Origin: Leidyana gryllorum EB-2025a | Taxonomy: Eukaryota; Protista; Apicomplexa | DNA: 64,000 nt | Direction: 5' to 3' | Assembly: GCA_048772705.1 (NCBI GenBank) | Contig: JBLWGC010000202.1 | Coordinates: forward strand, 186,001-250,000 | Part shown: positions 13,602 to 23,599 of the stretch, in pieces | Position numbering within the stretch: the first letter of the stretch is position 1 | How the letters are laid out: the number at the start of each line of letters is the position of its first letter | The notes under the pieces: generated by a model | The model's database searches: none | Told to the model about the DNA's origin: nothing | The model's input: the letters and a program-made list of their open reading frames with translations, nothing else | Translations under genes and position numbers: made by a program

Positions 13602-13799
13602 TCGCGGTGAATGGGTCCACTCCACATGTGTGTGCAGCTGCTGCTGTTCTCGCTATCACTGACCGACTCGTTCACTGATTGACTGACTGACTGCCTGTAC
13701 ACACATCGACAAACACAGACGCCCTGTGCCCGCTCGTTAACGGACGGTCTCAGATTGGCAGTATAGCTTTGTCTCTCGCTCAGTAGTCTTGAGAGCCCG

Positions 13800-14168
13800 A
13801 TGCGACTTCTTGGGGCACTACTGCTGTTAGTGGGTGTGGTTCTGGTGCAGAGCGTTAGCGATCTGTTGTCAAAGAGTCCGGACGACAAACTGTTGGATCA
13901 AATAGAGAAGATTCTGAATGAGCTCGAGAAGAATTTGGCCAAGGTGGGTGAATAGGTGACGCCTCCCTGCATACCAATTGCCTCAGACCGACCACAAGCA
14001 AGAAGAAGATGTCCCTCCGGTACCTGAAGAGGCGCCCTTCAACGGGGAGAACATAGAAGATGAAGGTGAGTGTTCTTTGATTTCCTATTGACGACTGTGG
14101 GCACAGAGAGGAGGATTCGCCGAATGTTCTCAACTGAGCGGGGTCAAGGGGTGTTGGAACCCGGGTAA
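13800..14168 (+). CDS. Small secreted protein (94 aa, 3 exons), absent from ORF track
   Basis: Exons 13800-13943, 13987-14065, 14107-14168 (285 nt, in frame) with canonical 43- and 41-nt introns; signal peptide MRLLGALLLLVGVVLVQS. Confidence 0.7.
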
Positions 14169-14183
14169 AAAAAATTTGGTCGA

Positions 14184-16869
14184 ATGGGCAAGAAGAAGAC
14201 GGAGGCGGCGGCTTTCCGTCACCGCGCGACATTGAAACAGGTCAACAAACCCTTCAAGGGCGGTTCCTCATCAAAGACAAAAGTAAATGGTCGCGTTGAA
14301 AGCAACAAAGGTGGAACTGCTGCTCCTTCGAATGAAAAGTTTCGGAAGGTCAACCGTGCAAACGCAGCAGCGATAAACCGCAACAAGAAAAAAGAGAAAT
14401 CTCAAGAGTCTGTCAGATCAGCCATCCGTCGCAATGTACCGCGATTGGTTGCTGTCGTTCCCTTCCATCCCTCAGTGGATATTCACCTCTTCAAGGACGC
14501 CGTAATCCGCTTCCTAATTGACTCTCTCGATCTCAACCCCGCTGAAGCCGCCACATACCTTCAGGAGCAAAGTACACTCGGCCTGGCTGGTCAAGTTGTG
14601 ACTCTGGGTTTACCGAATTGGGCCGCTGTCAAAAAGTGCCGGACGATGCAATTTGTCTTCTGTCAATATCCGTCAGAGGACCAGCTCGCCGATCCCGCCA
14701 CTCGCTTCAAGCACACCTGCGGACTTCTCGATGTGTGCAAGGCAGCTGATATAGTATTGGCACTGTTCGGCCATGCCACTCCTCAGTCACATCCGATGAG
14801 TGACTTTGCTGGGGACTTGATGTCGCTGATGTGTCAGCAGGGGCTGCCGTGGGTGGTGGGAGCCGCCGTGCCCTATCAGAACGTGGTGGAGGATGACATG
14901 ACCGGCACATCTGAAAGCAGTCCGGGCCTGACGCCAGTCAAAAGAAGAGCTCAAATCTTCGATCTGGCGAAACGTGCGTTCCAGACGGAGTTTGGCAAAG
15001 ACAAGGGGCCTTGCTTTGACCTACAGGAGGCGGTCCCTCGGATGGCTCTAGGAGAAACGAATACGATGTCTGAGAAAGAGAAGTCGGAAATGATCCATTT
15101 CATCCGTCATTTGTCCAGCGCGAAGCTCAATGACCTCCCGTGGCGGGGTACTCACCGTGCATATATGCTCACAGAGCATGTTGCAGCCGAACCCAACTCC
15201 ACGGATCTCATATCTGTCGTTGGTTACTGCCGAGGACAGAATTTCACGCCAAAGTTTCCTGTTCATATAACTGGTGTTGGCGACTTCCCTTTGATGGAGA
15301 TATACAGCCACCCCGGCCGGACTGAGACTGCTCACCAATTCATTTCCTCGCCACCGGTCAGGATAGCTCACCTCCCCGCTGAAGCCTTGGAGGCTTATGA
15401 CAGAGCCTGGGCACCCCTCACGCCCGCCTCGGACGTTCCGGTCAACGCTGGAGCAGAAGCTAACCAATCAATGGTGGATGGAGCTCGCGTTGGTGGCGCT
15501 GCTGAGTTTGACGACGCTGACATGGGCGATAACGACGGCGCTTCATCGGACGACGGGGATTTCGACTGGTATCAAGAGAAAGGCGAAGGAGCTGCAGACC
15601 AACAACGCGTCAATACTGCTCCCCAAGTCAGTCTCCGCGAAAGATGGGAGATGGAATTCGAGGATGAGGTCGACACACCCGTCAACGAGACTGCACGAGA
15701 ACGCTTTCGGAAGTATAGAGGCCTACGATCTCTCACTAACAGCAACTGGGTGGATCTCGAGACCGAACGGTTGCCAGACTACTATGGCAGGATCTATAAT
15801 CTTAAGCCATTCTCGGCAACTCTCAAGCTTCTGCAAAAACGCTACCACGATGCCATCGGTTCCGAGCTCACATCATATGTCAAATTGGTCTTGAAGGTTC
15901 CGCCTGGAACAATCCAGCGCTTGAACGAGGCTGTCGCGCGTGGACCGCTTCTCGTCTCGTCTCTCCTACCAGCTGAACGGAACTACTCTGTCAATCACTA
16001 CGCCATCGAACGCTCTCCTGCCGCAGGTGATGGTCCTGTGCCCTCCAAGGCTTTCTACCACGTCCAATGCGGCTTCCGCCGGTTCCTCGCGCAACCGCTC
16101 TTCAGCAAGATGCTCAAGAAGGATACAGCGGCTGGCCTGCCCATTGACGCTGGAAATCCCTCCAACCATAAACTCGTGTACCGTCGACATCTACCACAGA
16201 GGGACCGTCGAAATTATGTTGCCTCCATCACTGGGCCGATTCAGGCTGACAAGGCACCAGTTATCTTCTGGCTCTCTCATCTGGCCAATTCGAAGATGGA
16301 ACATGAAGTCACGGGCCATTGTGCCTACCATGATGTTACACGTGGTAAGTTTCGATATCACATTTGCCTATGAATTGTAAATCTTGCTTTGTGCGCGCGC
16401 ACGCGAACTCCATTCCGTGCAAACGGGCAGTTGCTTCGAGCACGATTTGCTCATTGCAACTCGTTTGTTGCTGAGCAAGATGCATCGTCTGTGCTATGCG
16501 AATTGTTTGACCCGCAAAATCCGTCTGTTTTCAGTCGAGCCGTACACTCCAGTGGCCCACGGGAGCTTCGTTACTACGGATCCGGACCGCTTAATCATTA
16601 AGCGAATCCTGCTGACTGGGTACCCTCACAAAATGAAAAAGAAACGATCATCGATCCGTCGGATGTTCTTCAACCCTCAAGACGTCGAATTCTTCAAGCC
16701 CATAACGCTGACGACCGCGAACGGGAAGGAGGGAAAGATTACAGAGCCTCTGGGAACGCACGGAGACATGAAATGTTTGTTTAGTGACGTGTTGGGGCAC
16801 AACGAGACAGTTCGACTGCCATTGTATAGACGAGTAGTTCCACCACTCTTAGAAGAAAGGCCAGAATGA
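14184..16869 (+). CDS. TSR1: Pre-rRNA-processing protein TSR1
   Basis: HRATLKQVNKPFK, LDVCKAADIV, VHITGVGDF, EFEDEVDTP, ARERFRKYRGLRS, QCGFRRF, IKRILLTGYP, RRMFFNPQDV, EPLGTHGDMKC; intron 16345-16534. Confidence 0.95.
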
Positions 16870-19800
16870 TTTGGGTGCCGCCGCCTTCTTAAGCTCGTCT
16901 TCTTTTTCTGTAGCAGCTCCGTCTCCGGTGCCCCCTGCGGAGGACAACGAGGAGCGTGGTTGCCTTTTCATGTGTCTGGAATTGGAAGCTTCTATTAACA
17001 GTCTTCCGGGAGTCTTAGGTGCATCACTGCCAGGTGATTTGGCAACACTGTCCGTTTTCGAAGCTGGCAGCATTGTTCGCTGATGCGACAGCATTGATCG
17101 GTAAGAGCGTGGCGCCTGGACACTCTTCCTTCGTTCACCGTTGTGATCGAGATGAGGCAGGGCAGTATGGAGTACCATTTTTGATGGCCTTATCGCAACA
17201 AAAACCAGCAGACCGCACCAAGGGATCCTCCGCCCACGAGCATCATACATGGGAACCCACCTCACACCCTGTCGAACACACGACACCGCCACAGCCGCAC
17301 CCGCCAGAAAATCAGATCGAACCAAATCGTTGTTCCGAATCTCAAATAGTAGCAGAGCCACAGACGGCACCGCAATGTCAAAGCTTTGAGGAGACAAAAG
17401 GGTCAGTCAAATGGCTTGGCCCCGAGTCTTACGTGAAATGAGAGTCGCCCCATTGAGGATCCAGGCCATTGTTAGTTGTGACGCTGGTCTTGGAAGTCTG
17501 ACAATCCCGCGGGAGGCCTTGGACCGAGACCACCACATAGGGGGACATTAGTGCTTCGCGTGTGCGACCAACTCCGGTGGTGAGTGTCACATTTGAGGAG
17601 ACATTTGCCCTGGGAATCTGCCGCGCACTGAGAACCTGCACAGTGACCAGCGTGGATGAGGGTGGATCCTGGGCAAACATGCGCAGCATACCTTAATGGT
17701 GAGCTCGAGGGGAGTCTCTCCCAAGCCGACCAATTGTGGTGGCGAGAAGTTGAAGGGGTCAAACTCGGAATTTGTTCGAAGCACTTGCGGTTTCAGCACA
17801 TAGCCTAACCAGCCATTGCTGGAGAACCTTCCCGTGTTCAACAGACTGGCAGGCCCTCCGGTTTGCTGTACACCTGATACCATTTGGCAGCCGGCGATCC
17901 AATACTTCATGGGGTTGAAATTGACTTGGAAGTTGTGCGTACTCGCAGGATATATCCTGCAAATACTGGTGTGGGTATGTGATATCCACTTCTGTGGATC
18001 TTTGTTGATCAAACGAATCAATTTCTTGTCGGTCGCACTCGTTACGGTAACTACACAGCCCTTTCAGCTTGGATTGATCTATCAGCGCCACTTACGTCTC
18101 GACGGATACTTGGGCGGGGCGCTTGAACTATCTAATAAGACCGCCAGAGCAGGCAGAGTGGGAACACTCAATGTCCGACACATATTCAACGACCGTCCTG
18201 TTGTGGGAGTGAGTTCAACAGAGAGAGATCGACTGAGTGAGTGAGTCTCACTGAAGGTTTGCGAGCGTTGCGATTGGAGCTCGCCGCCAATGATAGGGGA
18301 CGAATTGGAAGATGCTTTTGGGGGGGCAAGATTCTCTACCAGACGGGCGCTGAGTAAAGCCGGAGGAGGTGTTATCTTTGGTACAGGAATGCGCGTTGTT
18401 GGACGTTTCTTGGCGTGTAGCTTGAGTTCCCGTCTCCTAATATTGGTGTCTTCGCCTCGCCGGTGAGCTTCTGATTGTGGAACGACCTTCAGGCACAATA
18501 CAATGCGTCCTTTCAATTTCTCTGGGACGAGGTTGGAGAGGATAATGCTCGCATCATCTTTGGCCAGCGCAGCGTCGAGGTGATGTCCGTCACTCAAGTC
18601 TTGAGGATGTAGGAGCACTCCTTCCAATACGTCCTGTACAGTTGTGGCCATCCGACTGCTCTGCAGTTCCCCGCAATTGACAGTCAATGACAGGATGAGG
18701 GGGGTAGGAGTGGTCTGCAGGTCAGCACACGCGTTGCAGTGAAGGAATATACTTAGGTTATTGCATACCTCGAAAGCTGACTCGCGGCAAACACGTGCGA
18801 CAGAGGCAAAGCTGACTGTATCATCTGCTCCGGGCCCGAAGAAGATGACTGGATAGCCGTCTGTACCGTCCCAAATCTCAAATTCGAGACATCGATAGCC
18901 CCTCAAGAGATGCCACTTGAGCTGCTCCAAGGGATGGAAGCCAGAAGTATCGTCTGGTGAAAAGGGTGGAGAGATGACGGGGAGCACGAGCGCGCGCCTG
19001 AGCTTACGGAGCCAACAAGGATTGTAGGCACTAGCGATCCAATACTGACAGAGAGGGTAGCTGAGATCAGTGTTGCTGCGATCTGATCGGTAAGGATCCA
19101 TGATACTGTTGAATGGGGAACTCATGATGGTGCAGAAAGCGAGGTCTGACATACAGTCTTGTGGTAACTTCAAGAGGGGAGGGATGAGGGATATAGCGAT
19201 TTTGGCTTCTTGTTCCGCCTCGCGCTCGGAGTGTTTCTGGTCGTCTTGTAAGAAGGCCAACAACTCTTTGTAAGTCAGCATATCGTCCTTTGTGTCAGCA
19301 AACTCGGACATAACGGTGACTAATTCGCGATTGAGCGTCATTTTGTTGACGATCTGTCGATGAAAGGCGTAATGTTCAGTCACAGGTCGCATAAGCTGCT
19401 TACCGCCTCAAACTCCTGAAACTCCAATGTCGGCGAGCCATCGATATTTAGTCTCTCAAACAGAGCATTTGCGTACCGAACATCAGCTGGCAGACCTAAC
19501 TGTTGTACCAAATCCAGCAGAGTCGATAAGTGGACAGCACTCTCATGATTCGGATTGATCTGTCTCCATAGCCGTCTGGCAGATATAGATACAGTCTGAA
19601 TGAAACGCACCACAGTGACGCTCACTCACCCAATGTTAGCCGAGGCGATGGATCTGACATTCTCTTCACGATTGAGCGTCTTCTGATGAGTATACAGTAA
19701 CCCGCGCATCCACATTTTCCAGCTCTTCTGAACAGTACACCGAATTCTCAACTTCATCTTGGTAGCGATGACTTCAATCCCAAGTTCACGATCGGCTGGA

Positions 19801-20259
19801 CTCCTATTCTGCCCCGACACTTAATAGGCCCGACATCCGCCGCGACTTACTGCAAAGTACGATGACGAGACTCCAGGGACTATTCTGATGACGTCCGAGA
19901 AGTAGATCGCCGATTTACTCCTCTTCTTCTTGGGGCTCTCCCACTGCAGCCGCCAGCGAGTTTGCTCCATGTTGACTATCAGCAGTCGCTGATGCGGACT
20001 CTATGCAAACAGAGATTGTGCACCCGTAGTTCTTTGTCGCCCATACCTTGCGGCTGAACGGGTTACGAGCATACTTGAGAACGTACTCTCCGCTTTTGAT
20101 GTGCTGCACCGCGAGTTTCACATCCGTGCCTGCAACGAGGCTTCGAAGCGAATCGGGGAGCTGAACCTGTGTGAAATAGTCTTCTTGTCTCCGCTGCTCG
20201 AGGGAGCTGAGACGATTGAGTACTGAGCCCTGGCGATTTTCTACACTGAACCGCTTCAT
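16849..20259 (-). CDS. Phosphoinositide phospholipase C-like protein (PH-EF-X-Y-C2), predicted catalytically inactive
   Basis: PH-like N-terminus, EF-hand region, X box (PLCQYWIASAYN, GYRCLEFEIWDG), Y box (RIYP, NFNPMKYWIAGCQMV, GRFSSNGWLGYVLKP), C2 (VLSARQIP, NNGLDPQW, QGVRWVPM). Confidence 0.88.
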
Positions 20260-20536
20260 TTTTGGTATCGATCAGCCGCAGCATCGTTGACTTCAGCTAC
20301 TTGGCACTTTCAGGAGGTGGCAACCGAGATAGGTGCAAGAAATCGCTCTTTCGTTCCCGAGCGTTCATTGAGCGGATGATACCCCGTACCGAGTAACGGT
20401 AACGTGTTCTCTTGCGCCACCCATCCTCGGATGTATAGTATCTACTCTCTCTACATGCTATGTGGTGACGCAAAGAGTACATTACTGTTCTGTGCGGGAG
20501 GCATTCCATACCCTGCAAGCGTGTAACCGATTTCCC

Positions 20537-21361
20537 ATGCGCAGACTGCATCCAAGGCTTTTGAAGCGGGTCCCCTGTCTCAATGGTATTCGTTTACTCT
20601 GCTCTGGACTGGTCTTCGTCTTCCATGCATACGGTCGTTTTGCACTGGTTGGAGGATTCTACGGGCCCGAGCGGCCATATTGGGCGGGTGCCCATGTCGT
20701 TGCGGTCTTCTTCGCCATGTCGGGCATGTTGAGCTTCATGTCAATGCGAAATCGAGATGCCAAGTATTCCAAGACTCCAGAGCCGTCACCAACTTGGAAG
20801 AGAGTATTGCACACGGGATGGTCCTTTGTTGCAATGCGACTAATGCAACTTGTCACAGTGACCGCTGTGATCCACGCTTTGGCGTGTTTCACTCGGTGGC
20901 TGACTGATCCCGAGAATTTCACGAGGACTGTTGCAATGAGTTACTTCCGCTGGCAGACGAATCCGATCACAGGACACTTCTGGCACTCCAGTCACGTGGA
21001 TTATCGCGAGCGAAACTATCACCTTAACATCCCATCCTGGTATCTCGGTCCCCAGACTGCTCTGTGGATATTGACACCGTTCGTATTTTATACTTTGACG
21101 GGGCTGAAGCGTCCTTTCCCAACAATGAGGACACGGAGACCGGCCAGTTTTCTGCTAATTGGCTGTTTGATAGCAATAGTGATTTTCGTAGTTGCTATGG
21201 TGGTGGACACCCTCTTTACCAACCTTTCCAGCGCCGCCTGTCTCAACTCTTTTAGGTCCTCCCTATTATGTCACATCTTTGCAACAGAATGTACCAAAAT
21301 TCTGGTAACCCGCCCATGTCTCTGGTCAGCAAAGTGTCACGGCCACACTGAACCACGTTAG
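20537..21361 (+). pseudogene. Acyltransferase-3 (OafA-like) copy A, internally deleted and frameshifted
   Basis: Near-identical to the 22162 copy over the 5' half, then jumps at 21172-21174 to sequence matching 23518 onward (745 bp missing); a 1-nt deletion shifts the YQPFQRRLSQLF tail out of frame. Confidence 0.8.
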
Positions 21362-21744
21362 TGACAGATCTAATTCTATTTTATCTCTGCACGATTTCTA
21401 AACTCAATCCCTGGCCTGCAATGGACGCTGGCGTGGTACAACCGGTCAAGTGGCCACCAGCATCATGACTTTGCAGGACATTACTTGTATTTACGCCAGT
21501 AAAGGCGAGTAATTCCAGCGTATCGGCAGCCGCGATACTGACGCTCATCTGTTGGTCACTCGTTTTTCGACAGTCTTCGGTGTACACATCTGGCTTAATA
21601 CATCATCTCTGCTCCCGTCGCAGAGGAGGGAGGCACTGATTGTTCCGAGCCGGCGGCTAACAGACAATGCCACGCACGTTGAACGCGTTTTGCTGACCGC
21701 GAGCTTAGTTTCCCTACGCTGTCTTGCCCACTGGGGAGCATTGT

Positions 21745-21892
21745 ACAGAAGAAAGTGATCGAAGCCGCCGTTTGAGCCGAATAGCCTCTGAGGTAGAGTG
21801 AGTCACTCAACAAAGGTGTAGTCTAGGGAGATACATCACTCTTTGATGTCCCCATCTTCGCCGGTGCGGGCTGCAGAGTGTCTCACCACTGT
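21745..21892. repeat. ~148-bp upstream element, inverted relative to its copy at 24123-24271; degenerate third copy ~24985-25085
   Basis: The reverse complement of 24123-24271 aligns along 21745-21892 while the flanks are in direct orientation. Confidence 0.9.
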
Positions 21893-22161
21893 GGATAATG
21901 AGGGTTCAGCGCTCATCGAAGCTGCTGGTCTCACCAATCCGCTGCCCAAAGTTCCAGTTCTTCCATTCGCACCAACCCCTGAGTTTTTCGGCACTCACTC
22001 GGTGGTGATACCCCATACCGAGCAACGAGGTCTCATCCTCAAATAGGTGGTACCTACTCTCTACATAGCTGTGAAGTCCGCGAAGGAGTACTCTCCTGTG
22101 CGGGAGGCGTCCGATCTCCTGATAGGTGGAAAATTGGTTTTTCGGATGGCGAGCGGATACA

Positions 22162-23599
22162 ATGATGTTGAAGCGAATTCCATGTCTCAATGGTGTTCGT
22201 CTGGCATGTTCTGCAGCAGTTTTCATCATTCATGCGTACGGTCGTGCTGTGTTGGTTGTAATGTCTGAGCGGGGGTGTTGGCCGGGCGCCCATGCCGTTG
22301 CAGTCTTCTTCGCCATGTCGGGGCTGTTGAGCTACATTTCTATACGAAACCGAGATGCCAAGTATTCCAAGACTACAGAGGCGCCTTCGACTTGGAAGAG
22401 AGTATTGCACACGGGATGGTCCTTTGTTGCAATGCGACTGATGCAACTTGTCACAGTGACCGCTGTGATCCACGCTTTGGCGTGTTTCACTCGGTGGCTG
22501 ACTGATCCCGAGAAGTTCACGAGGACTGTTGCAATGAGTTACTTCCGCTGGCAGACGAATCCGATCACAGGACACTTCTGGCACTCCAGTCATATTGATT
22601 ACCGCAAACGGGACTATAAGCTGAACATCCCATCCTGGTATCTCGGTCCCCAAACTGCGATGTGGATATTGACGCCGTTCGTCTTCTACACTTTAAGCGG
22701 GCTGAAGCGTCTGTTACCGATACTCAGGACACGGACAGCGGCCAGCTTCCTCGTAATTGGCTGTTTAATAGCTGATTTAACTATGTACATTTACATTCCT
22801 ACAAGTGAGTTGCCAATAGAGAGTGGACTCGTGGCTGACTGACTGACTGACTGACTGACTGTCTCTCTGTCTGACCAAATACGCGTTCTCATCTGCAGAA
22901 ATACATGGAGTGGCGAGAGCTGCCAGATATCACTCAACGAACACATGGGTGTTCAAGTACTTTGGCGGCTTCTTTGTCTCCAATTTAGTGCAAACTATTC
23001 TGGAGAGGACTGCTGGTGTGGAGGAGCCACAATCCATCCTCAAAGCCAACATGCTGGAAGAGGGGACGACTAAGGACGCAATTTCTGGTGGTTATGACGA
23101 CACGGAGGGTGTGACACTCTCTGAGGACAGAAGCGACAACGAGCTGATGAGATGGGAGACAATGAGATCGCTGTGTGATGAAATCACAACAGCTCTGGAT
23201 AACACCATTCTGGATGTATTGGTGGTGATACAGATCTGGTTACATTTCAACGTCCCCAATGCGAAGTGGAAGGACGACGGATGGTCGGCCGAGGCAATGT
23301 TTGCCTTGACACCCGGAATCACATTCGGTTTCTTCTTGTTGGCGGCTGGTTACAGTCAGAAATCGCTCACTTTTCGTCTACTAAATAGCCGCTGGTGCAG
23401 CCGACTGTGCAGCGACAACATCGCTTTTCTGGTCTATCTTCTGCACCAACCTGTGTGCATCGCGAAAGGCATCCAGCACGCCGGATACGGTGTGTGTAGT
23501 CAACCACTCAATGGAGCAATAGTCATTTTTGTAGTTGCTATGGTGGTGGACACCCTACTTTATCAACCTTTCCAGCGGCGCCTGTCTCAACTATTTTAG
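22162..23599 (+). CDS. Acyltransferase-3 family membrane O-acyltransferase, copy B (intact)
   Basis: RIPCLNGVR-x10-H, AVAVFFAMSG, WYL, YLLHQP motifs; phase-1 intron 22805-22898 joins both ORFs in frame. Confidence 0.85.
22835..22862 (+). repeat. (GACT)n microsatellite in the AT3 copy B intron
   Basis: About 7 tandem GACT units; shorter runs also near 13676-13693 and 7760-7772. Confidence 0.85.

Noticed and set aside
22805-22842. Translation ELPIESGLVAD resembles KLPVGETGVLAD in paralog C, hinting at an extra exon
   Set aside because: Both lie inside introns whose removal aligns the flanking exons in frame; too short to support.
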